Source: Hymenobacter sp. (GTDB lineage Bacteria; Bacteroidota; Bacteroidia; Cytophagales; Hymenobacteraceae). Taken from it: a DNA stretch of 52,685 nucleotides. The DNA lies in contig JAYSZD010001079.1 in assembly GCA_043738185.1 (NCBI GenBank), positions 1 to 52,685 of the forward strand, read 5' to 3'. The stretch's first letter is position 1. Every line of letters begins with the position of its first letter. The notes beneath the pieces are model-generated. The model was given only the letters and a program-made list of their open reading frames with translations, did no database searches and had not been told where the DNA came from. The translations under genes and the position numbers were made by a program. Below, piece by piece: positions 29,421-39,098 of this stretch.

Positions 29421-31148
29421 ATGCCTTCAAAATCAGCACAAGATGAGACGAACCGCCCGGAAGAGGAGCTGACCAGTATAGTAGCAGGCTTTATGCAAGC
29501 GGTTGCTTCCTCCTTCGATGGCCACCAAGCAGCACACGCGGTCATAGCACTGGTTCGTGAGATGGACTTTCTGTGTGGCAACCTGAGGCTGGTACCAGCT
29601 ACCGAAGAGGACGATTACCACTCATTGACAGCAGCAGCACGAATGATTGGCTTTGGATTTCCAGCCGGGCTCAAGCAGATTTATCCGGCAGTAGAACATC
29701 GTGCTACTCACTTCTTTTCAATTGCCGCGCCGGGGGATACAGAATGGGCTCAGGAAGTGCTCTATCAGACTGGCAAGGCAGTCATCAGCCTTCAACTCGT
29801 AGAGGGTATAAAAGCTGGTCTCGTCACTCTCACCAAGCCTTCTTCCAGCAAATTCCTGTTTCGCTATAATCACGCAGCCTGCGGCATAGAGTATTTCGAC
29901 AAGCTGGATGACCGCTTCGTCAGACAGGAGCTGACTGAGCGCATTAATAAGACGCTGTCCGAACGCTGCTTGCTGGTGTCGGATGATACGGAGGCGTTGA
30001 TGAATCAATCCCTGAGCAGCCCGCAGAGCCGGTTCATCAGCTACGACGCGCCGGCCGAAGTGTGGGAGTTATTTCTTGAACGAGCTTCGTACCAGTTGCT
30101 ACTGGTACCGGGCAGCAACGACTTCGGTCCGAACGATGTGTTCGGTGGCATCCAGTATTTCAAATACTACGACGCTTTGCGGTATCTGACCGCGCTCTCT
30201 TTGATGCATACCCATTACTGTCAGCTGCTCAGCGAACGTAGCCCGGATATTGACCTGGGTGTCATACTGACCCATATTGAGCCGGCTTCCCATGTTGTCG
30301 GGGACATGGCTGATTTTCTGGAGATTAGCATCTATGAGGCAGAAGTGGTTCTGGGCTGTCTATGCCTTAGCCCTGAAAACCATGAATCTTACTTGGATGA
30401 ACCCAGTGTTCCTCCGCCCCCGTACATCAGGATATCAGATAGCCAGCTGATACGCTCCAGTGCCGGCTGCCTGACCAGTCCGTTCGGTTTTCTGAACAGA
30501 ATGCTGAAGCATAAATACGCTCTTGACTACTCAAAGGCAGTTAATGAGCGCGAAGATAGATTCATAGAGGACCTTTGCCGCCTGTTTGAAGGGGCAAGGT
30601 TTATACGAGTTAAAAGGCCTGTAAATATCCGAAGCGACAAGGGAAACACTGATATCGATGCGGTCATTTATGATACATACACCAAAGCCCTGGGCCTTTT
30701 TCAGCTAAAGTGGCAGGACCCGCTGGGAGAGTCAGTAAGGCTACGGCGTACTAAAGCGGAGAACCTGTTTAAAGCGAATGAGTGGGTAGACAAGGTTTGC
30801 AGTTGGCTGCACCAACGAAGCGGGGCAGAAATTCTGACTGGCACCCATGTCATGCGCAAACGACCTTCTAATCAGGCGTTGGGAGAAGTTTTTCTGTTCG
30901 TACTAGGACGTCACAACATACATTTCACTAACGGCAGGATGGATACGCGGGCAGTCTGGGCTTCTTGGCAGGGAATCCTTGCCTCACAGGCACGCGTTGC
31001 TGCGTTCATGGAAGACGACCCGATACGGATGATGTATACAAAGCTGCGCATTTACGGAGCTGACGACAGAATCAGGCATGGGGAAACGCCCCCTACCGAA
31101 TACGATATGCAACTTGGTCCTTACCGGATTGAGCATCTGAATCATTAA
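29421..31148 (+). CDS. Hypothetical protein with C-terminal PD-(D/E)XK (NERD-like) nuclease motif
   Basis: TDIDAVIYD...LFQLKW (D...QxK); start taken at ATG 29421. Confidence 0.6.
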   Translation: MPSKSAQDETNRPEEELTSIVAGFMQAVASSFDGHQAAHAVIALVREMDFLCGNLRLVPATEEDDYHSLTAAARMIGFGFPAGLKQIYPAVEHRATHFFSIAAPGDTEWAQEVLYQTGKAVISLQLVEGIKAGLVTLTKPSSSKFLFRYNHAACGIEYFDKLDDRFVRQELTERINKTLSERCLLVSDDTEALMNQSLSSPQSRFISYDAPAEVWELFLERASYQLLLVPGSNDFGPNDVFGGIQYFKYYDALRYLTALSLMHTHYCQLLSERSPDIDLGVILTHIEPASHVVGDMADFLEISIYEAEVVLGCLCLSPENHESYLDEPSVPPPPYIRISDSQLIRSSAGCLTSPFGFLNRMLKHKYALDYSKAVNEREDRFIEDLCRLFEGARFIRVKRPVNIRSDKGNTDIDAVIYDTYTKALGLFQLKWQDPLGESVRLRRTKAENLFKANEWVDKVCSWLHQRSGAEILTGTHVMRKRPSNQALGEVFLFVLGRHNIHFTNGRMDTRAVWASWQGILASQARVAAFMEDDPIRMMYTKLRIYGADDRIRHGETPPTEYDMQLGPYRIEHLNH

Positions 31149-31244
31149 CGCATTCCACGCCTGAAAACCAGACATTTTAACTGTACCACATCATCACTCC
31201 TCGCGGACCACGCCGGAACAGAACACCGGTTAAACCCTCTGTAG

Positions 31245-32285
31245 TTACCGCCAGAAATCACCGAAACGCCGGTTTCTGTTACTCATGAACAGATTCTCCT
31301 GCACTACACTGTGATACCAGAAAGGTATCACCGACATATCATGCAGCAGAGGAGTACTGGTTGTCCGGCTTCGCTTCATGATGTCCACGAACCGCCCCGG
31401 CCAGTCAGTCAGCAGCCATTGTGCCTGCCGGGTAGTACCGCTGCGTATTGCCAACGGCAACAACTCAAAGGGCATGCGGCTGCTTCGCACTGTTACACCT
31501 TCCCCATGCGGGCTCCACCCGGTCTGTTTGTCCACTTCGTATTGCAGCCCGGCACATACAGTTCTGCTACTTGTCAGCACCTTAACCAGCTGATGCAATA
31601 CGTCAAAGTATAAGTGCGGGAAAAAAGCCTGCGCGCTCCACCCCTGCTGATAGATACGCCCCAGTTCGGCCTGCATATCACGCCGTATTACGGAAGCAGC
31701 AATTGCCGGAGCTGTTGTTAAATCAAACCGGCAATGGAAACAACGCGAGATGGGCATGTCGGGCTCGGCAGACTTGCGGCCCAGTTCCACACGAAAAAAA
31801 GTAATCGGCCGCTCACAGGCCGGGCACTTTTCATGCAGGTACACCCCGCATTTTAAGCAGATATGGGCCATAGCCAGCCGCCAGTGCGTGCGGAAATAAG
31901 GGATATCTCCATCTTTTCTCAGGCATGTTGGACAGAACAGTAGTCCGAACTGCCTGTGGGTACGATGATAAATACCCAGTGGCAGAATCCAGTTAGTGTT
32001 CCCATTGGCGTTATGACGCAGATACAGTCGGCCCTCATAACGCCGCAGGCCTGTTTCACGGATGCGATGGAGTGGTGTTGCGGTACACCCAGCCAGCGTC
32101 TGGAAGACCGTTTCCGGTGCAATTTTATCCAAGTCCCGGTTCCAGAGACTGGCAGCAGGGAACAGCAGTTTGCCGAATGTGTATGTTTTCATCAGGTGCG
32201 CGTGCGCCAAGCGCGTCAGCCAGCTGGAGAGAAGTTCATCCGGGCGCGGGTGCGTAGCGCAGGGCAGACGCACTATCTGATTCAT
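31245..32285 (-). CDS. tniQ: TniQ family protein (346 aa)
   Basis: PRPDELLSSWLTRLA, FCPTCL...PYFRTHWRL...CLKC...CPAC...CFHC. Confidence 0.9.
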   Translation of the reverse strand: MNQIVRLPCATHPRPDELLSSWLTRLAHAHLMKTYTFGKLLFPAASLWNRDLDKIAPETVFQTLAGCTATPLHRIRETGLRRYEGRLYLRHNANGNTNWILPLGIYHRTHRQFGLLFCPTCLRKDGDIPYFRTHWRLAMAHICLKCGVYLHEKCPACERPITFFRVELGRKSAEPDMPISRCFHCRFDLTTAPAIAASVIRRDMQAELGRIYQQGWSAQAFFPHLYFDVLHQLVKVLTSSRTVCAGLQYEVDKQTGWSPHGEGVTVRSSRMPFELLPLAIRSGTTRQAQWLLTDWPGRFVDIMKRSRTTSTPLLHDMSVIPFWYHSVVQENLFMSNRNRRFGDFWR

Positions 32286-32296
32286 ATGTTTGCTGG

Positions 32297-33172
32297 TTAT
32301 GAATCGGTTGTATTTCCCGATGGGGAAGTATAGTCCAGTTTACCCAGTAGTTCCACGGTAATGCATTCCGACTGGTTATTGATGGCAGATACTGCTGCCC
32401 GCTTTAGAATTTTAGACACTTCGCCTAGCAGACCTTCACTCATACTTAATATTTTATAAGCCATGCCCTCCTCAATCAGGTTCGATGCTTTCCGCAAGGG
32501 TAGTATCCGTTCAAAGCTCATCAGCAGGCGCAGGTAATCCTCCCCCATTGACCAGCGCTGCAATATTTCCGTTTCGAAGCGGTTGGCCAGTTGTTCATCG
32601 TGCCGGATTGCGTTGGATGCAGTGCGTATTCCTGCGCCGATAAATGGAATCTTCAGTTCGTTTGACAGATGCTTCAGCACGTTGAGAAAGAGACGTTGCT
32701 TACCCATGGTGCCAGCCAGAATATGCTGAATCTCATCTATGACGAGCATCTTTACTTCCAGATGCCGTATGACCTGTAAAACCTGTCGCTGTTTTCTGTC
32801 AGCCCGGTCAGCTACCCGGTAGGGGGTACCGGTTTCGTCCATAATTGCATTGTAAAAACGTCGTTCGTCTGGTTCGACTGGAGCTTGCACGTACAGCACC
32901 GGCCATATAAGACGTCCGTCCTCTTCACGGGTATAAGGCGTGTACTCGTCCATGAAATGTTGGAGGAGGACCGTTTTGCCATTGTTGGTATCTCCGACGA
33001 CGAGCAGGTTAGGCATCCGGTGAGACGGTGGATAACGCAGCAAATCCTTCATCTTCTGAGTGACCTGATGCGCACGGGTATACCCAATCCATTTCGTCGC
33101 CAGAATGGCATTCTGACGCTCATGGTCAGGCAGGTTCAGCATAGCCATGGCCTTAGGAGATAAGTGCATCAT
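32297..33172 (-). CDS. tnsC: TniB-type TnsC AAA+ ATPase
   Basis: WIGYTRA, RMPNLLVVGDTNNGKT, MLVIDEIQH, DEQLANRF. Confidence 0.9.
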   Translation of the reverse strand: MMHLSPKAMAMLNLPDHERQNAILATKWIGYTRAHQVTQKMKDLLRYPPSHRMPNLLVVGDTNNGKTVLLQHFMDEYTPYTREEDGRLIWPVLYVQAPVEPDERRFYNAIMDETGTPYRVADRADRKQRQVLQVIRHLEVKMLVIDEIQHILAGTMGKQRLFLNVLKHLSNELKIPFIGAGIRTASNAIRHDEQLANRFETEILQRWSMGEDYLRLLMSFERILPLRKASNLIEEGMAYKILSMSEGLLGEVSKILKRAAVSAINNQSECITVELLGKLDYTSPSGNTTDS

Positions 33173-35075
33173 CTTGAATGTCGTCGAAGGGTACAATTTT
33201 GGAAAATTCTACTTGAATCCGGTTGGACGAGTCCACTTCGGAAGCAACCGGGGAGACCTTGATTTTACGAGATGTAGGAGCGGGCAGTAAAATAGCCAGA
33301 GCGTCAGTGGGTACGCCTTTTACCAGCCGGTTATTACTCTTATTCATGCGCCGCGTTCGTTCAACAGCACCCAGTGCCACTTTTTTCATTTCATCATAAG
33401 CCGCGAAGATGGAGTCATCATCCACCTTTTCTATTCCCTTAAGTTTGACCTGGGCCAGTGCCTGTCGAAACTCCCAGACGGAAATGGCCGGGTGACCCGT
33501 ATTACGATATGAAATACGGTGGTATTGTTTGGTCTCGGGGTCCAGGAAGTAGATATAGCTGATATCACGTGGGTCCCGTTTGAAGATAAACTGGCGCTTG
33601 GCACGATTCTTACCGTAACCAGGCTCCAGACTATTGATATAGGGCCTTAGCACGTCGGCGTAATAGTACACATGGTCTATCACCACCCCGTACTCCTGCA
33701 CGGTGCGCTCATAGCCTGGCATGAAGTCGAGACGAATCTGCAATTCATCATAAAGACGGTCGGGCAAGCCGATACCAATCTGACCAGGTGCGCCAAAAAT
33801 CCCTTCCCGGTATCGCTCAAACGGACTGGTATTCAGACTTTTGTGAATTCGTTTGTGATAAACATTGATGATAAACGTCGTCAGCCATTGTTCGAATTCC
33901 GGCAGTGTCAATACAGCTTTCTTTTCTGAGTCGTATTCCTTACGGTCCTGTGTATTAGAGAACGTTGTGCCAGGCAGCGTATGGGTTTCTTCCATAAAAG
34001 TCCGCATCAGTCGTTCGACATGTCCTCCCCAGTGAGGGGTTTTAACAGGTCTGAATTCCAGACGGATACCATACTTCTCACAGGCTCTCTCCAGCATCTT
34101 GCCCCGGAACTCTTTGGCATTGTCCAAGTGCAACACCGTGGGCAAGCCCCAGCAGGGCCAATCTCCCTGAACACCGATATTGCTCAGGCATGTCTCTTTG
34201 GGCAAGATGGACTGCGCGACACACAAACCGGCGGAAACAGACCCGGGGGGGTCAAACGATAGGTAAAAGCCCAATACCATTCGCGAAAACACATCCGTTG
34301 CCATGGTTATGGATGGCCGTCCCACTGGCTGGCGGTACACCTCATCCACTAGGATAATATCTACTTCGGTGTGGTCCATCTGGACTACGGCCAGTGGGTA
34401 ATCAGCTCCGGGAAACTTGTTTTTCATGGGTTCAAATTGTTCTTTAGACATTTTTTTACTCCATCGAAGCCGAACCTTCTCTTCTTCCGAAAGTTGCTGC
34501 ACGCGTCGGCGAACAGTATTTTCTCCCGGCGCGGTCAGGCCGGCACGCCGGCATTGCTGCTGAATTTCCAGAAGGACCTTGGTAACCTTCTTCTTCTGTG
34601 TAGTCAGGTATTCCGATTGGATGGCCTCGTGAATGATGGCATCCACATTCGGGTCCAGCCGCACCTGCCCCTTACCCCCTGTGTTAGGTACTTCGACCAG
34701 GGATTGAACGGAATGCGTTTGTCTGTAAGCCCTGAGCCAGCGATAGATGGTCGGAACGCTAACTTCGCAGGAACTGGCCACCTGCTTAATCAACTTCTTA
34801 TTTGCCCGGTCAGCCAGAATCGGCTGAATAATGGCAAATTTTTGCTGTGCCTTCTCCCACGCTAGGTCGGAAATACAGAGCAAATCATCGTGTGGAAGTG
34901 CCACCGGGGTTTCGTCCGAGGGAATGGGCTCCAGCTGGCTGATGGGAATACTTACACGTGCGCCGGTCGCCTCATACTCACCCATCACTCGGTCCAGGTC
35001 CATTATCCGTAAAAGGCGCACGGGGTTTCGCTGGTAGTGATACCGCTTGCCAGGCAGATATTCAATCTTGTTCAT
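33153..35075 (-). CDS. tnsB: TnsB/TniA DDE transposase (Mu-like)
   Basis: QMDHT, DVFSRM, HLDNAKEF, GGHVERLM; C-terminal RDPRDISYIY. Confidence 0.93.
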   Translation of the reverse strand: MNKIEYLPGKRYHYQRNPVRLLRIMDLDRVMGEYEATGARVSIPISQLEPIPSDETPVALPHDDLLCISDLAWEKAQQKFAIIQPILADRANKKLIKQVASSCEVSVPTIYRWLRAYRQTHSVQSLVEVPNTGGKGQVRLDPNVDAIIHEAIQSEYLTTQKKKVTKVLLEIQQQCRRAGLTAPGENTVRRRVQQLSEEEKVRLRWSKKMSKEQFEPMKNKFPGADYPLAVVQMDHTEVDIILVDEVYRQPVGRPSITMATDVFSRMVLGFYLSFDPPGSVSAGLCVAQSILPKETCLSNIGVQGDWPCWGLPTVLHLDNAKEFRGKMLERACEKYGIRLEFRPVKTPHWGGHVERLMRTFMEETHTLPGTTFSNTQDRKEYDSEKKAVLTLPEFEQWLTTFIINVYHKRIHKSLNTSPFERYREGIFGAPGQIGIGLPDRLYDELQIRLDFMPGYERTVQEYGVVIDHVYYYADVLRPYINSLEPGYGKNRAKRQFIFKRDPRDISYIYFLDPETKQYHRISYRNTGHPAISVWEFRQALAQVKLKGIEKVDDDSIFAAYDEMKKVALGAVERTRRMNKSNNRLVKGVPTDALAILLPAPTSRKIKVSPVASEVDSSNRIQVEFSKIVPFDDIQDDALIS

Positions 35076-35775
35076 GGATGAGTGGAATGGGTGAGGAATT
35101 CATACTCCATATCCTGCTCTGCATCGTCAGAGGCTGAAATAAATCACTGCCAATCAGTCCCCGACTGACGAGGTGCCACAGCACAGGCAATAGTTCTGCC
35201 TGACGTTTCCCGTCCCCCAAGGCGACCAGTATGAGGTCTGCCGGGGTAGATGTATTCAGTCGCGACATCGTATCCAATAGTAGTTGGCGCCACTCTGGGC
35301 GAACCGGCAGAAACGGGTCTTTGAAACGCAACAGAAGTTTCGCGTTTTGCAGATAGGGTGTCTGAATTTCCGATTCCGTATAGAGCCGGAATTCCCATCC
35401 TTTGCTGGCGGCGTAATTCTGAGCCGCCCGGAATTTAGGTTTGAGTTGTGTCCAGTTATTACGCAGGTCTACCCGATATTTGATTTCGACCAGGACGGCA
35501 GGCTTCTCACCTGCGTAGAAAACCAGAAAATCAGGCGTGTAGCGCCGGGGCTTTCCTTCGAGATTATACTCAATCGTTACGGGCTGTTCAACATAGCTCA
35601 CGATGTCTGGCCCGAATTCCAGCAGACAGCAAAAATCTCTCTCCAGGGCCGACTCCAAATGGACCAGTTGCCCGGTTTTAGCAGACGGATGGACCGCCCG
35701 AAGAGAACTGTGGCTTCTTCCGATTTTTCGGACAGGAAGCATTTTGTTTACTGAATGTTCTTCGGGTTTCTGCAT
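35062..35775 (-). CDS. tnsA: TnsA endonuclease
   Basis: HLESALERDF, YVEQPVTIEY, YTPDFLV, LVEIKY, C-terminal wHTH; start uncertain (35790/35775/35742). Confidence 0.9.
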   Translation of the reverse strand: MQKPEEHSVNKMLPVRKIGRSHSSLRAVHPSAKTGQLVHLESALERDFCCLLEFGPDIVSYVEQPVTIEYNLEGKPRRYTPDFLVFYAGEKPAVLVEIKYRVDLRNNWTQLKPKFRAAQNYAASKGWEFRLYTESEIQTPYLQNAKLLLRFKDPFLPVRPEWRQLLLDTMSRLNTSTPADLILVALGDGKRQAELLPVLWHLVSRGLIGSDLFQPLTMQSRIWSMNSSPIPLIHEQD

Positions 35776-36000
35776 CCGGGATGTCAGCACTGGCTTTGCA
35801 TGGAAGACCAGAGTCGGTATCCGAGAAACCTTTGTGAAGGCAATCTACATCTTTCTTGTTGGTCTAGCACAATTATTTTTTAACATATGTAACTGAATAC
35901 GAACAAAGTACGTGTCTATATACGAACAAAATGACGCTATATTGCAGTAAGTCAGTTTAACTACAAACAATGACCATTATCTAATATCAGAGTGAGAAAT

Positions 36001-36350
36001 ACAATGGGCCTGCCCCAAATATTGACAAGCTTGCGGCAGCGCCTTGGTGCCCAAGAGCTGCGAAGGCGTGACTTGCTAGCCGACGCCGATTACGTCAATG
36101 GCTCGAACTACGCCTTTGGCAGTCCAGGGCTTGATGGTTTGGGTTCTGGTCTCTGGTCTCTGGTCTATGCAAGCCCAAAATTGAGGACTTCATCTACGTT
36201 CGGGCCACTGACCACTCTACGTAACTAGCGAGCAAGCCACTGCCCTTCCAGAAGTACGGCACGAATCAACAAGGTGGGTGGCATAAGAAATCCTGGGCAG
36301 CTTACTACTATTGCCAGCAATGCCCTTGCGGTCTACCTGTGCCCCTAAGG
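36001..36350 (+). pseudogene. Degenerate IS1182-family transposase fragment
   Basis: Frameshifted pieces: LLADADYVNGSNYA, KPKIEDFIY, KPLPFQKYGTNQQGGWHK, CQQC.LRSTCAPK. Confidence 0.6.
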
Positions 36351-36791
36351 ACTGGCCCTATAAGGATGCCCCGGCCGCCGAGCTGCGCCTCCAGCACCAG
36401 CGCCTGTCCATCGCTCACAACAGCCTCGCTGAGGTGCTACTTGTAGAGAGAGAGGTCCGATGGCTTTCACTGAGGCGAATTTTGCTGCCGTAAGCGGCTT
36501 GTCGGGGCTTTCTGTTGCTACCCTCGTCAGCTCTCTCTTAGGACTCTCGCCGACCAGATTGTATCACTAGCCAAAATCTTTAATAATGTGCTCGATGCTG
36601 GCTTTCTTTATCGCCTGCTTCCAATCTTTATCGCTACTAGAGACGTGAATTATTAATCCAGAAAAAGGAGCAACTTTTCAGAACCCTCCGACCCTTCTGG
36701 CAAAAAAAGCAGTCACTTAGTTACATGCCCCGCTTTTACCAACTTCGTTAGCTACCTTTCTCATTCGTTGCAGAAAGTTTAAAACACCTGA

Positions 36792-39098
36792 ATGAAGAAG
36801 TTCCCTTATTACGCACAGCTAGACACAATGGACTGTGGTCCGACTTGCTTGCGAATGATTGCCAAACATTATGGGCGAAACCTCTCCATACAATCATTGC
36901 GCGAAAAAACCCAAATCAACAAGGACGGGGTTTCATTCATGGGAATTGCCGAGGCTGCTGAGTCAATTGGGTTCAAAACGTTGGGAATCAAAGCAGATTT
37001 CCAAACCTTATCTACTCAGGCCCCCTTACCCTGTTTGGTTCATTGGGGCCAAAATCACTTCGTAATCGTTTATTCGATTAAACAAAAGAAATGGTGGAGC
37101 TTTTCTCGGAGGGGGGAAATTAATCATTCCAATGAGCGAGGAAAAACCCGCCGGGAAAATAAGCATCAAAATATTGTGCATGTAGCTGACCCTGCGAAAG
37201 GTCTTCTCAGGTACAGTCAAGAAGAGTTTGAAACGCACTGGTTGTCCATGCACCCAGATGGCCAGAAAAAAGGAGTCGCGCTCTTGTTTGAAGCAGGCTT
37301 AGACTTTGGCGGCCAAGAAGATGAAACCCCCTCTACGGCTTATGATTTATCAAGGGTTACTAGGTATCTATGGAATCATAAATCGTTGTTGGTCCAATTG
37401 CTTATTGGGTTGATTGTCGGAAGTGGATTACAACTTATATTCCCTTTCCTCACCCAATCTGTGGTTGATATAGGTATTACTACACAGAACTATTCTTTTT
37501 TGACTTTAATACTGGGGGGGCAACTTATGTTAATGGCCACCAGATTGTTAGTAGAGTTTGTGAGAAGTTGGATATTATTATATTTAAGTGCAAGAATTAA
37601 CTTAAGTATAATATCTGATTTCATGATCAAGTTAATGCGACTACCCATTTCCTTTTTTGATACTAAACAGTTTGGCGACTTGCTGCAGCGAATTAACGAT
37701 CATCATCGTATTGAAATATTCTTGACCGGCCAGACGATTACAGTCTTGTTCTCGTTGATTAATATGATAGTGTTTGGTGCCGTTTTGGCGCTTTATAATA
37801 AACTTATTTTTATAATATACTTTGTTGGTAGCACACTGTATGTTGGGTGGGTTCTACTGTTTTTGAAAAAAAGACGTCAACTCGACTTTCGTCGATTTGA
37901 TGCGTCTTCTGAGAACCAAGGGTCTTTGATCCAACTAATTTATGGTATGCAAGAAATTCGCTTAGCTGGGGCTGAGCGCCCGATGCGTTGGGCTTGGGAA
38001 CGCTTACAGGCTACCTTATTCAAATTGCAAATGAAGAGTTTGGCCTTAGGTCAATATCAACAAGCAGGTGGCTTTGCTTTGAACGAGGGCAAGAATATCA
38101 TTATAACATTTTTAGCAGCCCAAGCAGTTATTAATGGTCAACTAACTTTAGGAGGCATGTTAGCCCTACAGTATGTTGTGGGTCAACTAAACAGTCCGAT
38201 CGAACAATTGGTAACATTTGTCCAAGGATTACAAGATGCTAAGATTAGCCTTGAGCGACTCAACGAGATTCATACTCTTGAAGATGAGGAGGCAGTGCCT
38301 CCAGATTATGAATTGAGCTTAAAATCACCTGTTATAACTGAGAACAATGGGTTGATAGCCGGGCCTCTAGAGCTTACAAACATAAGTTTCTCGTATCCTG
38401 GCAATCAATTCGAATCAGTACTAAAAAACATTAGTCTTGTTATTCCGGCAGGTAGCACTACTGCTATCGTAGGAATGAGTGGAAGCGGAAAAACCACTCT
38501 TATAAAACTTCTTCTGCGATTTTATGAGCCATCGGGGGGGCAAATATTGCTTGATGGTAGGTCGTTGCTTCGCACAAGTCCGAAGTTTTGGAGAAAACAG
38601 TGCGGAGTAGTTATGCAGGACGGATTCATATTCTCTGATACTATTGCGCGAAACATAGCGGTGGGCGAGGATCAAATTGAATTTTCTCGATTAAAACATG
38701 CCGTTGAAGTAGCCAATTTGCAGACCTTTATTGAGACCCTGCCTTTGGGATTTAACACAAAAATTGGAGCTGAGGGGAATGGTCTCAGCCAAGGCCAGCG
38801 CCAACGTATACTTATCGCTAGGGCCGTTTACAAAGATCCCAGTTACATATTTTTTGATGAAGCAACAAATGCTCTCGACGCCAACAATGAAGCAGTCATC
38901 GTCGATCAGTTGAACAAATTTTTCATTGGACGCACAGTTATTATCGTAGCCCACCGTTTAAGTACCGTGCGAAACGCCGATCAAATCATTGTACTGGATA
39001 AGGGAGAGGTAACTGAAGTGGGCACACATGTCACGCTGGTAGAAAAAAAAGGAGCATATTGGCAATTAGTTAGGAATCAGTTGGAAATGGGCAATTAA
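36792..39098 (+). CDS. Peptidase C39-containing ABC transporter (PCAT)
   Basis: QLDTMDCGPTCL (catalytic Cys), HFVIV, DPA; Walker A GMSGSGKTT; LSQGQRQR; FFDEATNALD. Confidence 0.93.
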   Translation: MKKFPYYAQLDTMDCGPTCLRMIAKHYGRNLSIQSLREKTQINKDGVSFMGIAEAAESIGFKTLGIKADFQTLSTQAPLPCLVHWGQNHFVIVYSIKQKKWWSFSRRGEINHSNERGKTRRENKHQNIVHVADPAKGLLRYSQEEFETHWLSMHPDGQKKGVALLFEAGLDFGGQEDETPSTAYDLSRVTRYLWNHKSLLVQLLIGLIVGSGLQLIFPFLTQSVVDIGITTQNYSFLTLILGGQLMLMATRLLVEFVRSWILLYLSARINLSIISDFMIKLMRLPISFFDTKQFGDLLQRINDHHRIEIFLTGQTITVLFSLINMIVFGAVLALYNKLIFIIYFVGSTLYVGWVLLFLKKRRQLDFRRFDASSENQGSLIQLIYGMQEIRLAGAERPMRWAWERLQATLFKLQMKSLALGQYQQAGGFALNEGKNIIITFLAAQAVINGQLTLGGMLALQYVVGQLNSPIEQLVTFVQGLQDAKISLERLNEIHTLEDEEAVPPDYELSLKSPVITENNGLIAGPLELTNISFSYPGNQFESVLKNISLVIPAGSTTAIVGMSGSGKTTLIKLLLRFYEPSGGQILLDGRSLLRTSPKFWRKQCGVVMQDGFIFSDTIARNIAVGEDQIEFSRLKHAVEVANLQTFIETLPLGFNTKIGAEGNGLSQGQRQRILIARAVYKDPSYIFFDEATNALDANNEAVIVDQLNKFFIGRTVIIVAHRLSTVRNADQIIVLDKGEVTEVGTHVTLVEKKGAYWQLVRNQLEMGN

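Noticed and set aside
35897-35930. LexA/SOS box reading of the GAAC repeats
   Set aside because: The spacing fits neither GAAC-N4-GTTC nor GAAC-N7-GAAC.
35800-36000. Internal transposon end next to tnsA (nested element)
   Set aside because: No TGT/ACA terminus with the CCGAACCCRATGAGAA motif was found by eye.
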